A stretch of 62,988 bases of DNA, counting the filler, from Polymyxa betae A26-41 (lineage: Eukaryota > Protista > Endomyxa: Phytomyxea): the NCBI GenBank assembly GCA_003693705.1. It is 9 parts of 9 records of this genome, joined end to end, with 100 filler letters (N's around TTAATTAATTAA, not from the genome) between each part and the next. Parts side by side here need not be neighbours in the genome. Positions count along the whole stretch, not along the records: positions 10,915 to 20,674 come from RBZT01000117.1; positions 20,775 to 29,578 come from RBZT01000998.1; 7 more parts are not named here. The stretch is one strand, 5' to 3'. Below are positions 11,411-25,297 of this stretch, piece by piece. Within the stretch, counting starts at the first letter, position 1, and the number at the start of each line of letters is the position of its first letter. Below the pieces are notes generated by a model that searched no databases, was not told where the DNA came from, and saw only the letters and a program-made list of their open reading frames with translations. The position numbers and the translations under genes were made by a program.

Positions 11411-12189
11411 CAGTCATTGCCGGGCGGACAGCCACGCCGATGCTCTTTCAACTGAGCGCATACTGAACGCGCGCGTCAGCGCCCTATTGTCACATTTAGT
11501 CCCCGAAAACGAGTTTCAGTCTTCGAAAACGCTTTGGGCATCTCGCTATGTTTTCGATGAAGTCGCAAAACGGCATCATCGATCTCTTGTCACGAAAGTC
11601 AAGGAATTTTCCAGTTATCATCAGCTGGCCATGAATTATTTGCTACATCCGGTCTGCTGATTGAACCGATGCTTCACAATAAGCTGTTATATATATTATC
11701 GTTTGTTGGGGAGATCGTTTGCTTAAGCGATCGTTCAGTGAAGTTTGCGATCAATCACGATCCGCATCGAGCAGCTTCTTTCCCAAGTTTGTCGTGTATT
11801 GATCAGATTAGTCAATCTTGGCAATCCCGTCCGTCAGAAATTTGGAAGCGGGCGATTTTTTTGCAATTTTTCAAGATCAACTCTATATATTTCAGATGAC
11901 TGCGTCGTTGAAACATCCTGTAAATGCGCTTGAAAGGTTGGTTGGGTCAATTCTGTCGAAAAGCCAAGTACAACTGCGGCTAAACCTACTCGGCTCGTAT
12001 TTGTTATCTCAGAAATCAATGTATCTGATTTCGAAACGCAAGATATCACCACATTTGTAGGAATTCATCACGAAAGGCTTCCACTCGAATTGAAAAATGT
12101 GGAACAATTTGTGTTGGGAATACAATTACCGTAGCATTGATTTCCGGAATGGCAAGAGCGTCATGTCGAGTTTAATATTCTTTTTCTGA

Positions 12190-12721
12190 TTAGATATTCT
12201 TGTTAGCATTTAGTGCAGATAGAGCAGGACATTGTCCAGTATGTCCAGGACAGTAATTCTGTTGAAATTGATGATGATCTATATGATGTCCTGAAATGTA
12301 TGAGAGAAATAATTGACACAATAATATTGGATTTAGACAACCTTCGAGATATTCACTTAGAACAGATGAATGATTTAAATCCAGCTCCTTGATGTAATTC
12401 TTCATTCGCTGAATACGCTCCAACTTCGGCTTCTGTGATATATTCAGACAATACAAATAAGCTCGAACACAGTAATACCGTCTCAAATCCTTTCAAAGAA
12501 TATCTCAATAGACAATGATCAAGGTCTCCTCTATCAAAAGCTAGTAATGATTTGAAGGAGAATTTCTTATCGTCACTGACAATGAGATTCTCAAATCCGC
12601 ACTGTTGGCTTCTGCCTTTGTATCTATGACACTCTACGCCATCTCGTCTTCGGGCTTTTCCCGAGAGAGATGACGTTCTGAGTGTCTCATTATCTGTTGA
12701 GTGTATTGATTCGAATGTCAT
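12190..12721 (-). pseudogene. Cys/His-module family member A1, C-terminal fragment
   Basis: CGFENLIVSDDKK...LKGFET|KPKLERIQRM...NYCPGHTGQCPALSA, paralogous to A2, A3 and A4. The HCNND motif is deleted and the 5' part is missing. Confidence 0.8.
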
Positions 12722-13583
12722 TTTGTTGCCTGATTATACACCGACATTGACGGTTAATTGAAACAATCCTGAAACTGCTTGACGACGAATGCTTAATCCT
12801 CAAGGTTCCGCTCCCAATTATTGACCATAATCTTACAGGTTTGGAGGCATAATCGCATCTGAAATCTTGGTGAACGAAGTAATATCAGATATCCAGCTGT
12901 GTTTTCACCGATGATAATCGGCGCTCCCCATTACAATTCACCATCTCGCATTACGACGGTCAGGTCCAGTACGACTCGTCTGAGTTTATCACCTTGGTCT
13001 TCCCACATCTTCTAACGGCACCATGGCTATGATGAGGGAGCATCTCACATCTGGAGATAGGCCGCCTTTTACATTGCAAATATACAGCTGAGGAGATCAG
13101 CATCCTGGAGGGCCGCCACGTTGGCCTGCAGAGTGCCAGAACGAAAGTCAAACATGGTCAATATATTCGGATGTTTTTATTTTCAAATCCAAATTGTATT
13201 TATTTGAGAATTTTGACTTTGCCATATTTTGAAACCCTATAAAGACTTTGCTGTCATCGTGCATTTGTGTTTTTTTTTAATGAAGATAAAGTTGGTTGAG
13301 GTACGATTCCGTGACGCCAAATACAACTGGAAGTAAGAGTACCCTGGTAGATATTAAGGCGATGCCTCAGTACTATCTGCCTTGCGCGAGGGTCACCGCG
13401 CCGCCCGTTGACAAAATCAACAAACTAGTAAATCCAATCCATCCAATCCATTCCGTGACGCCGACAGACCGCGTCAGTCACGGGTATACAGCACAGTGAG
13501 CGCAGCCTTTCCGCAGCGCACTGCTTAAAACTCATGCACTCGGACTTCTATTTCGGTCATATCGCGCCCCTCTCTCCATCGCC

Positions 13584-15655
13584 ATGATTTCGACATTCGT
13601 GGCTGCTGCCGCCCTGGTCATCGCGGTCGTACTGGCTCCCGGGACATGGTCCCTTGAGGATCAGCTCGTCCGTTACCGAGATCTGCTGGATCTTCCAGCT
13701 GGCCTTCTATCGAAGATCGCCTTCCATCACCTGAAGGAGCCCGACGATATCGCCAAACTGATGCGAATATCTCAGGACGTCCGCGAATCGTTGTTGGACG
13801 AGTTGCCGCACGGCGATCTGGCTCGTAACGTGCAGCTGCCGGACAGTCAGCTCCCGACCATCATCGACAGATTCGTCCGAGACGGCCACGACGAGCTCGC
13901 GACCCTCATCTCGCCGCAGGAAGCCATGAACCTGTACGACCGCTTGATCCGCGGATCGAAATCGCATTCGGAGATCGCGACGCTCGTTCCGGACTGTATT
14001 CGTAACGTGTGTCTGTATGTGAACGCGATCGTCTTCTATGCTGTCCCAGTACAGTGGCGGAGTTCCATCGAGACTGGGAACTTGGTGAGCGGCCTCCCGG
14101 CCCTGTCATTTCCTGGGGCCGAATTGCCCGTCCCGCCATCTATCGAACAAGCGATTCTCGAGTGTATCGAATCTCGTGACCAAGATGCGCGTTATCTAAC
14201 TCCGGAGTTTGATGAAGTCCGTGACCGATATCCGCCGCCCTACCGCCAAATCTTCCCACACAATCATTGGGTCGCACTTCGGCTGATTCAGGTCCTCGTC
14301 CAGCAAGGCCAGACCGGTGTATTGAAAGATCCGCGAGTCGTCCTGGCCCTGCTGGCCCGTGGGCTGCGTTTTCCAGCCTTGAATTTGTGCGGGCTGTCGA
14401 TCTGGATACGGCCGAAGCGCTCTCCGAGATCTCTCCGTTACTGCGCCATACCTCCTATTCCATTCATTGCGATTTCCTTTCGACCTTGCTGGTGCTCAAA
14501 CAATGCTTGAAACGACGACGTCCGGATCTGTTGGCAGCGCTCGTCCGTATCCCCGGTGTTATGGAGCGACTCCGGCATGGTGTCCGTTGTAATTGTTGGA
14601 GAATCAGGTCCTTTTTCTGTAACTTGATCTGCCACAAAAATCTCGAATCTATCGACATGATTTTGAGCCTTCCAATTACGTCTGATATTGGTGATCTCAT
14701 ATTAGAAGTCAGTTTGCAGTTCTTCTCGGCTGTAAAAAGACCGCCGCCTTCCTCTACGCAGTATAATACGAATATTATGTTCCATATCCTCCATGCGGCT
14801 GCAACAGCTGCGAACTCCGACTATTCTCGGTATTGATTCACACCGACGGCGTACTGGACCGTCTCCGTGCGGATCCTTCCCAAATCGGCTGGATTCTCAG
14901 TGAAGCAGTTAATTCCGATCACACAGAGTTCTTCAAATTCGCGGTCTCCGATCTCACGGATTTCTCCGACGTCGTTCTGGACCATTTCCCGCAATTGATC
15001 GGCGCCCTGTGCAGGGCGATCTCGTTGAAGAAAGTGCAGTTTCTGGAGTTGGCCATGCAGCTGCCGTACTTCCCCGCCGTTGCGCATCGTGGTCGGGCCG
15101 GTGATGGCTCTGGCGAAACCCTGCTTCATGAGGCGTTTCGTCTGCCAGATTGGGAGATCATCGACCTATTGACTTCGTGTCCGAATGTGAATCTGTCGTT
15201 AACAGATAGCAGAGGACGCGGCCCTCTGTGTTACTATGTGACGCTCTCCAACCGTCTCACACCATTCCAATCTCTATTAGAAATGATCCCGTTATGTAAT
15301 GAGTCGGTGAAAGCTGAGGTCGTCTCCGATCTCAAGACATTGTTCCATCCTGACGAAGCGTTTCATTGGCCGGATCGCGGTAATCTGCTGGAACCACTGC
15401 TGGCTACGCGCTCCTTCTTACCGGAGATCATTCACACGCGTTCAATAAGCGATGGTTTGACGCTTTTCCAATATGCAGCTCAACAACATATCGCGTCTGT
15501 TATCAAATTGTGTTCCGATTATGGTGGCGAACTTCAGTTTGATGATGATCTTCCGCAAACGAATCCGATCTGTTATTATCGAGCATGGCGAAGGAGGTCT
15601 CGTTGCGCTTCACGACAAAGTCAAGACGTTGATCGAGCCGTACTCGGCTTTATAG
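13584..15655 (+). pseudogene. Secreted F-box plus ankyrin-repeat protein, interrupted by about three frameshifts (decay or sequencing error)
   Basis: Signal peptide MISTFVAAAALVIAVVLAPGTWS. F-box-like LLDLPAGLLSKIAFHHLKEPDDIAKLMRISQDVR. Ankyrin motifs GETLLHEAF..WEIIDLL..PNVNLSLTDSRGRGPL and DGLTLFQYAAQQHIASVIKL..YG. Frame changes near 14370, 14810 and 15525. Confidence 0.75.
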
Positions 15656-16853
15656 TAATCTATGCGAACTTATTCCTCATCAATACAGCCTCAGATAGTT
15701 CTGCTGTTACGTTTCGTGTCTCCGAACCTGTAGAAATCCCGCTCCGCTTCATTTGAAATTTACCCCAAAAAATACATTTGATTTTCAAAGTTGCAGAAAG
15801 CGTAATGCCCGAAACCCCTAATCCGTCTAGGTTCTGCATTTTTTTTCTTCTAAGTAAAAAAAAAAAGAATCGCGAGAAATTGACAAATTTTGAAGCAATC
15901 GTTTCTACTTGGCGTTAAAGTAGATCTTAACCCGAAGAAGGATTTTTCCCAAAAAACATAAGATTCGATTTCCGAGCCACCCAGCATTCGGAGACTGTCA
16001 GAAGGCTCTTTATGGCTTTGTAGTTCCGATATCGAACCACGTAACAAAACAGTACAGAACAATCAGTTGATGTCGTGTTACATACTTCACAGATAGATAA
16101 CGGCGACGCGTGATCTTTGGCCTTCGGCGAAAGTCGAGGCCTAACTCGACGAAATAGGGACCGAATTCAGCCTATTTATTTGAAAATAGAGCTAATAATG
16201 AACGAGAGCCCTAACCAAATCTGAAAAGTTTGAACAACGTCTCGTACTCCCTTTCTTTTTGTCCCATTCCCAGAAGAAAGCATTGCTAATCAGGGAGCTT
16301 AGCAATAAGCAAACCATGACTTTTGATAGAAAACTGACAACTTCAAATAGGGAAATACAGATAAACAGCAGAAAAAGCAAAGCTTGAAGAGAGAGAAGAC
16401 TAGAAATGCAAAACAAATTTGTTGAAAATTCGGATATAAAATACAACTTCGATGACAAACAGTTAAAAAAAGCTTACAAACGTGCTCAAAGAAAACTGGA
16501 AATTGTGATTGGATTAAAATAGGATTGGATATTACTAGTTTGTTGATATTTGTTATAGTTCGTTATATATAACATCCGTTGCCATATGCACAGGAGAGGA
16601 ACTCGCCCATAAATTCACTCCAAAGTGCTGCATTGAATTTTCTGATTTCAAATTCCTGATATTTGTGTCGGAATTGCTTTAGCTGATTCATGTTGTGTTT
16701 AGACAAGAAATGTCTGAGCTGAGCCTCGGCGTCAACCCGGAGAGGATGCCTTTGACCGAAATGCTGAGTATCACGAACCTTGATAGATTTTGATAATTAA
16801 ACTGAAATAAACATAGAATTATATCTAACAGGAACCGATACAGTAAAGCTGAG

Positions 16854-17834
16854 TTAAATTGAACAATCATTTACTGATTGATTAATCTTGTTAGAGATAA
16901 CAGCAGATAGATCAGGACATTGTCCAGTATGTCCAGGACAGTAATTCCGTTTGAATTGAAAATGATCAATATAATGTCCAAATATATGAGAGAAATAATT
17001 GACATCATTATTACAATGATGTTCAAGACAGTATAATATTGGATTTATAGAATCTTCGAGATCCTCCAGATCACGCGAATAATTCAAATTCCGCTTCTTC
17101 AGTTCATAATTCATTTGCCGAATACACGATAACACGGGCTTCTGTGATCTATTCAGAAAATACAAATAAACTTGAACACAGTAATACCGTCTCAGATCCT
17201 TTCAAAGAATATCGCAACAAACAATGAGAAAGGCCTTCTCTATCACAAACTAATTGTGATTTGATGAAATATTACTTATTATCACTGACAATGAGAGTCT
17301 CAAATCTGCACTGTTTACTCTTGCCTTTGTATCTTGAGCAAAGCTTGTCAAATCGACTATGCGAAAACGGATTTCCCCATCGAGATTGAAAAATCCGAAG
17401 ATCATTCCGACAGCATTTTCGAGCACATGAAAGTACTGGGTAACATGTATCCAGTAGCCAGTGCTGACAGCGTTCGCGTTTGATGTTCAATTTCGGGTCG
17501 GCAATCTTGGCCGAACTATTTTTAGACATAAACTGGCCACCAAGATCAACTTCTGTAACGTTTTCTTCGAGATCGAAATTTCCGAGGTTTCGGTCAATAG
17601 AACTTTGATAATAATGGGGCTTTTTGCAACATATTTGATGCAGTTCGATGGGAACGGTTTGTTCGTATCAGTAAGAAACGCGTACTCGTTATCATCAGGC
17701 GGCTTTCTTTGAGTGACAGTTTCAGTAGGAGATTCCCCATTCAATATGCAGTTGTGCGACAGGGAGTGAGCTACTGTGATACATTCTCCGTGAAGTCCGA
17801 ACCTGGTCATCACTCGATCCATCTCGTCTCTCAT
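16854..17834 (-). pseudogene. Cys/His-module family member A2
   Basis: RKPPD..TLQKLILVASLCLK.../WLLDTCYPVLSC..CCRNDLRIFQSRWGNPF.../PILYCLEHHCNNDVNYFSHIFG..NYCPGHTGQCP, with frameshift and stop lesions. Confidence 0.85.
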
Positions 17835-18644
17835 CTCCTTCGTCCTGAATTCATGATAATGAAGCTAAATGTAAGATTCCCCTTCCTCCATGATAAAAAA
17901 ATACTCACATATTCCACCCTCACAGTTTTTTAAGCAGAAGCAGAAGGAGATTTACACGATAGGACTACCGCGAATGGGACCGCGAATGGCGGCCCCGTAG
18001 ACGGCTGGACGACCTTTGGTAGAGTCATCGAAAACACAATCGCGAAGATGTTGGACTATTTACTGGACTCTCTCTCTCTCATATTTTTAGAAACAAGCCA
18101 CACTTTCAAATATGCACAAAGAAACAGCTATGAATTTATTCGATGCAAAAATTATCGAAAACGATACAAAACATTTCGTTACAGATACACATAACTAGAT
18201 ATCACCCAGCGAAACATTCTACAGGGCACAGTACATTGATGGCTGATTCATGACTTGCGCTCACCAGAAAGGATGTTACATACAAAACTCAACACCGAAA
18301 GCTGGAAAATCAATAGACGAGTATCTGAACGTGTATTGGTATGATAAGTTCGAATCCATATTGGGCGGCAGCTTACTCTCAACCTAGTCAGTGACCTTAC
18401 TAATATGGCCCTACGCTATATAATTTGACATAAACGGGAGTAATAATAAACCACTCTGACTCAGAAGAGCTGATTGATATTACACTGCTTGATGCCTGAT
18501 TTCTTTTAACCATACGATTAGGACGCAGAGCCTCCTATTTAATATAATCAACGAACCCGAGAAATCCAATCCATAACAGACAGCCTACAAATTCGTTTTT
18601 TATATAATATTCTGAATAGTACAGATGAATGATATATGGGGGAT

Positions 18645-19953
18645 TTATTCACACATGAAATCGTCAAGGAGTGTATCAATCTCCGAACCTGGGTCAGTAT
18701 AAGACCGAGCAGTACGACCGTGCTCATCGACAATATCGGTCAGAATCAAGTCCGGGAACTCAAGCAGAACGCGAACAGCGTCCGCATTGCCAGCCTGTAC
18801 AGCACGGTGTAAAATCGGACCGCCCGAAAGCGACCCGACTTCGTCAACCCAGCCGTCCGGCAGCGGCGCTTCCAGCAGCATGCGTAACAGGTCGTGCTGG
18901 CCCTCGGCCTGGACCAGTGAGCTAACGATGTCGGAGAGCGCGGAGCGCTGAAATATGAATGCGAGGAAGATCTGAGCGAAGAACGCCTCCGATTGCAATA
19001 TGACGGAGATGAGATCAGATCGCCCCGAATAGATCAGATCCTGGATCTGTTTCATTAGCGCATAGGGAACGTAAAAAGCGAACGGTAGCAGGGCGCGCAG
19101 ATCGGAGACCGTGAACTCCTTGATCTTCATATTGTCCAGTTGGATCGGAGTCCCGAGGAAGAACAGTTTGCGGGCCAGCACGGGCCGCGATATGAGAAGG
19201 TGGCCATGCTGGTTGGAAATTTGTTCGGCGAGATCGAAAACCGCAAGATTGTTGATCACTGGGAACTGGGGCGGTAAATGCTCGCGGATCCAAAGGGTGT
19301 CCGGAGTCAGGTCCGCATAACTCCGGACTGTGCCGAGAATATCCGCAGGAATCTCGCTGATGAAGTGATAGGCGGACCTATTGGTCGAATTTTTCAGCAA
19401 ATGGAGACACATCAGTTTAATGGGGTCGTTCGAATTTTACATCGGACAGGTCGAACTTGTTGTTGACGACGAGGACCCAGCCGGGGGTCAGATCGGCCAC
19501 GGATTCGATATGCCCGATCACGTCAAATAGGTCCATGATCACTTCAGGATTATCTATAACGATGGACAGGAGCCTATACATGAACAGAGGCGCAGCCTCT
19601 TCTGTTAAGAGATCTCTCAATACAGCGACATTACTTGGTCGCTCTCTGCATATATTGATCAGCGATTTGATATCGCGGATGAAATTACCTCGGGAGGTCG
19701 GTAGCTGGATAACGATCTGGCACAGACGGAGGATGTCCTGGTCTAATCCAAAATGGGTTTTGTCAAGCTGAGCGAGCTTTGCGGCTACGGCCGGTTCTGC
19801 CCGGGCGTGACGGAAAGCAGCCTCCAGAATCTCGTTACGAGAGGAGCGGGCTCGCTTCGGATCCGGGCTGCAATCTGAGCTGCCTCCGTCGTGATCACGT
19901 TTCGTGGCTGATACCGCCACCAGAATCAGTGATGTAATTAGGACAGCTCTCAT
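18645..19953 (-). CDS. Secreted protein with NLS-like motif and C-terminal ankyrin repeats; one +1 frameshift near 19424
   Basis: Signal peptide MRAVLITSLILVAVSA, then KR...PDPKRARS. C-terminal GGPILHRAVQAGNADAVRVLLEFPD...DEHGRTA. Removing one C from a CCCC run joins the two ORFs. Confidence 0.75.
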
Positions 19954-20674
19954 GATCTCAGGACAATATTCGGAAACTGCTGGGAACTTGTACTGTAACG
20001 TAATCAAAGAGGGAATGAGACTTTTGAAGCAGAAGACCGAATCAATCAAGTGTCAATTCTTGATAAGAGATTAATCCATCGGGCTTGTTTGAACTCATCT
20101 CTCGATTGCATTGATCTTCTTTGATTATTCAATTCTGTATTACGATTGAAAAAACCCTCACTTTCCAGCATAAAAATTTCGACCGTCTTCCCCCCCGGCT
20201 CCCTGTAATTTGGTCTAAGAAATTGACCAAAGTCCTAAAAATGGCCTAAAGTTGGCGTGGTGTTCAGAATATGTTAAACCCTAATTCCCTAGCCCAATCG
20301 CTGTAAGAGGCCAGGATTCATCCATCCATGGGCTGGGTCAATTCCAAGATAATCTGCAGCTGTATGATGAGCCGTGATCGGATTCAGAGGGGTTTCTTCC
20401 AATTAGATTATTCGAGACAGGATCAGTAACTGAGGCGTGAACCGCCATTTTTCAGATTCTCTTTTTGAAAATAACTACCAACATCTACCGTACAATCGAT
20501 CAAGTAGACTAAGATCGATTCATGGTCTCTTATATGTGAATACATTATTATTCTTCTGCTTGTTTTGTTCTACTCAAAGACTCTTCTCGTCTATGTTCGA
20601 GGATCGACACTGACGTCGCCAAGACTGACTCTGGCGTCGTTGAGGCTGGCACTGATTGAGTCACACTGATTGGG

Positions 20675-20774
20675 NNNNNNNNNNNNNNNNNNNNNNNNNN
20701 NNNNNNNNNNNNNNNNNNTTAATTAATTAANNNNNNNNNNNNNNNNNNNNNNNNNNNNNNNNNNNNNNNNNNNN
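20675..20774. other. Artificial contig linker
   Basis: N44-TTAATTAATTAA-N44. Confidence 0.98.
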
Positions 20775-21090
20775 ATTGGAGATGCAATAGACACGAATAA
20801 GGGCAAATTAAGGAATGGTTTAGTATCATAAGGTGGTTCAGTAGAGATCGATCGGGACGTGTCACGTGACTGTATTTGCAGCTCGAGGAGGGGCCAGTAA
20901 CAGCTGGCTGGACGCGTCATAGACGGCTGCGCTGTCGGGGGGCGTCATGGGCTGCGCCGCTCTGCCAACACATACTGGAAATAGTGCGTAATTTACGCAT
21001 TTTTGTTACGGTCACCAAGATATGATACTCGAAATAATACGCAATTTACGTTTGACCAACTGTATCTTCCAGCCTCACTCTTGCTTGGCA

Positions 21091-24000
21091 ATGACAATGC
21101 TCTTAGTCATCATACTCACTAGTCTAGCTCTGACATTGTCGCAACCAGTAATCCATGTAATGTTACCTGTACTGTCTTGGTACTGGTCTAATCGAGCCCG
21201 GTTAGGATCGTGGTAGGATAGACGACTCTGCATGGCATTCCGGTGAGTGTAATGTGACCTCACCAAGATTTTATTGTTTAAATGGCTCTTAGGGCTCCAT
21301 TCTGGATTAGCTGAACAGATTACTCATTGTCTTGGTACGGAATGTCAGCAGCAATGTATATCGAATCATGTCCGGATTATATGGTCATGCAATTGACTTC
21401 ACGAGTTCAATATGATGATCTCGTACAAGATTATCAACAATACTGGCGCGGAGCAATACACGCTATGGAGCCAAGTTCTGAATTGACTACCACATTATTG
21501 TACAAAATTTGCTGTGAAAATTCAGGAATTTTGGACCATCTTGAATAATGTTCTTCATGATCGATGTTCCAATATTAAGTCCATGTTACTGAACGATGCC
21601 AATAATATGCTGTTCGGTCTTGCATCGAATCAGTCCATATTCAGTGTATGGAATGCTTGGCTGATCTCGGACCTGTTAAATCAGCGCCCGGAAGCAGCCT
21701 TGGCTGATATTCGAATGCAGTTCTCCGATCAGATACGACAAATTCATGAGATTGAATTCCGCAGAATGTGCACAGAATTGGGTTCGAATTTCCACTTTAT
21801 ATCCATTCAGTATTTCACTTTTATCTTCCAGATGATATTATGAACTTGAATTTATCTTCATCGAAGTCTTTGCAGGTTTGTTGGAATATTTTCAATGTTT
21901 CCACTTCGTATCTGATAGAAGATGTTCAGGGTGAAGATATCGCTGGAACGTCTGAGCCGTCTACTAGTTCAGATGGATCTGCTCCGACCGGATTCAACCC
22001 TTTCAGCTATTCCACATTAGATTTCTCATTGATCAATCTAATGGACAGCATCGTCGAATCCAATCCTGATTTCGACCGTCCTATGGGATTGTCAACGACC
22101 TCTGCAGAGCAGTTTATTGAAGCTGAAAATTCTTCTCACTCTGATTTTATGAATTTTAACGTTCAAGACCCAGAAACCCTGATCTCTGAGCCTGCAGTAT
22201 CTCTTGAGATGCTTCATTGCACAGATTCTACAACATCTGGCAAGATTGCCATCAATGAAAGCGATATTGCTGAACACGATTCAGCTAAAACTAGGGCAGA
22301 CGTTTTTCATGAGGTCGAGAATAGCGTCGAACTGCATCTCGGCCCTTCCAACGACCTCAACGCTGACGTTGATGTTCCTGAAACTGCTCCCGACAAACTC
22401 GATGGCAACACCGTATCCGAATCTCTTGCTGAGAATCTCGATCCTGTGTCTCCAGTGTCCAGCTTATCTTTAAAATCTGTTCATAACGCTGAACGTCTAT
22501 CTAAGAATCAGATTAAGAAAATGCAATCAGGTTGGTGATGGAATTTATTGCTTATTGGTGTCCATTGACGTCATTTAGAGGCTAGAAAACGGAGAACCCG
22601 CAAGAATCGTCCTCAAGGTCCGAATTTCCATACAATAATATCCACCATCTAATGTTGGATATTATAGGGCCGTCTGCTATAACCAAAACTCAGAAGCCGA
22701 AGGCCCCTCCAGGTACGAAATCATTTCAACATTTTTCCATTCTTTTGCGAAAACAGTTCAACTTTTTTTCAGTTTTTTGCGAAAACATTTGAACTTTTTT
22801 TCATTTTTTTGTTGGTTTGTTAACAGTTGCCACAACTTTCTCAATCTTGCTTCGTTTTCTGGATTGTTCCTGTTACCCATTTGGCTAACAGGAACTCCGG
22901 TAAAAGCGGGACCTTCATCTCCGGTTACGGAGATCATAGAAGTTGATCACGAACCAGATGCTGTATCTACGCCCGCGGAGCCCATCTCCGAACTCGGGTG
23001 CAGTACGGTCGCGATTGCCGACGAGGATTGCGAAATCCAGAACGAGGAAGGTTCTTCGGTGGCGGTGCCCGTCACGGAGTCCGCCAGGTCACAACCCAGC
23101 AAATCCAAGAAGCAGCTGAGAAAGAAGTCCAAAGGTACGTCCGGGATCGGCGTGCTGCTATATCAGTCATAATTTATGTTGCAGACAACGACTCTGCTCA
23201 CGTAACGTTAACTCGAGGTCAGGCTGGCCCCTTGAAACGTAATCCACTGATAAGATTCGAACAGATGCTTCCGAGGCACCATCAACGAAATTAAAGCACG
23301 CAGGTTAGTTCAGGCTTATGTTACTCGGACCTGGATATGTTGGGTCTGATTACGTTACGTGTCCGATGTAACGTTTCCACCTGTCTGCGTTCCTGCTAAT
23401 CACCGTTCAGATTCGATTATCGAGCGGATTCCGACCCCGAAGGTCCTTGGCAAAGTCACGTTTCACGCCAGTTTCACGTTACCGGATCTGTTACCCGACG
23501 ACCCCATCTCTCTAACCGTCTTCGAGAATCACGCTCTTGGCCTGGCTAATGGTCATTGCACGAATATGTTCCTCCCCAACCTGTCCTATGCTCTCAGTAT
23601 CTATCATATGAGACCTGATAGCAAAGCCCTCTCTAAAGCATTAGCTTCGGTCGATTACACGACCGTCAATATCAACCCATTGCTGACCGAGACCCTCAAA
23701 CTCTCTCTCAACGCCGTCTTCCATGATCTTCGTCAGGCCCCGGGCCAGTACGCGCTCCCGCACGTCGCCGATATCATGCAGCGGCTGCGTGATTGGCATT
23801 CGGAACGCGGGAAATCCATTCTGCAAATGACGCACGACAATTTCGTCGCCCTTTTCTTCCGGGAACTGCCCCGGGCCGTGGACCAGTACCACGCCCTGAA
23901 TCGGCCGGCGGCGCCCTCGCAATCGATTGCGGCCGTCGTCGAGATTTTGCGTCAGAGCTGGGCCCGGAACGACGTGCTGGCCCCGATGACCGCGGTGAAC

Positions 24001-24728
24001 GCGGACCTGGATGCGATGCTGAACGATGCGCTCGCAGAAGCTGAAAGAGTATTGTCGAAAGGCGATGGCCCGGATCGGGTCGGTAAAACTATCTCCATCT
24101 CCGATTATGCCATTCGGTATAATCAGGCTACAATCGATCGCATTCAGGATTTCATCCAGATTTATAGTAAGCTGCCAGGTGCGGATTTATTTGGAGATTT
24201 TTTTCTTTTGGTTGATGGAATTTTCTCCACAGATACGATCCAGAGCGATCTGCAGGGAATAATCCGACCGTACTACAATATTCAGTCGAAGAAATTCCGG
24301 AAGGATAAAAGAAATTCGAAATCTCGCTGTTTGGATGCGTTCAGCAGTGCTGCGAGCTGTGCTCGTGTGAAGATTCAAACCCTAGCTCAAAAATGGCTTA
24401 CACAAATTCTCAGAGATTTTATCAAGCTGATTTCGACGCCATCGCCATTCTACGCATCGAACCCGGCGTTAATGGTAGCTCATTGCTTCCATCTAGCGGA
24501 GATCATGCGCAATATCGTTATAACGGGTGCATTCAATGCCATCAATACGATTCAGTACGAGATGGGGAAAGCTCCGAATTGAAGTTCCAGCAGTGTGATC
24601 TGACCTTTGGTATGACGAACTATTATTGGTTAGCAACCGAATTTGTGAAAATCAAAGCCCAATTTGCCGATGATACTACCGATCTCTTCAACGAGTGTCT
24701 TACAGGAATTTCATCTTCACTCAAATAA
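21091..24728 (+). pseudogene. Large multi-exon putative secreted protein: acidic low-complexity region, basic NLS-like clusters, helical C-terminal domain; several frameshifts
   Basis: Signal peptide MTMLLVIILTSLALTLS, GT-AG introns, ARKRRTRKNR and KSKKQLRKKSK, 400-aa ORF at 23359-24582. Frame changes near 21360, 21515 and 24560. Confidence 0.6.
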
Positions 24729-25212
24729 ACTTCATATCCGATCCGTTGCAATGTTCAATGAGTCAACAGAAGTGCGATGGCTTTCTTCAGGCACATCGTC
24801 AAGTAATGGGCTCACACAATCCCATTGCAACATAACCCTAATCTTAGATCAATAGAGAGGGAATAGATAGACCAGGAGAGAAGGCCAGATTCACGAAGGT
24901 TCTCCTGCAGGTAAGAAGCACGACCTGCTGTAACAGCTCACCTGCAACAGCTTGTCATGATAGCTAAAACTGAGCATGGCCGTGCTCAGAAGATGTCGGT
25001 ATGCTTGTCGCCCCTTGGCTATTCTCGATCTCAAAACGGTAATGCTGCTTCGGAATACATTCTCTGTGTGGTTTTAAACGCTGATAATAATACTAACCCG
25101 AACATACACCTTACACGCCATATGACCGGATTGTGTAATATTATGACGAAGCTGCCTCTTTTTAGAAAGCGAAAACTCTGCTGGCTCAATGTTCTCGAAA
25201 TCCAAAAAAAAA

Positions 25213-25297
25213 TGTGTTCGACGGGATTCGAACCCGCGCTCCGCGAACGAAACTAGCGCCTTAAGCTAGCGCCTTAGACCAACTCGGCCACAAACAC
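25213..25297 (-). tRNA. tRNA-Leu (AAG)
   Basis: Reverse complement folds with acceptor stem GTGTTTG/CGAACAC, anticodon arm CTAGC-TTAAGGC-GCTAG, a long variable arm and T arm GCGGG-TTCGAAT-CCCGT, followed by a T9 terminator. Confidence 0.95.

Noticed and set aside
12960-13155. Minus-strand MFDFRSGT resembling the start of a threonine aldolase
   Set aside because: Similarity does not extend and the frame has many stops.
14359-14376. 18-nt GT...AG micro-intron as an explanation for the frameshift
   Set aside because: The length is a multiple of three, so it cannot correct the frame.
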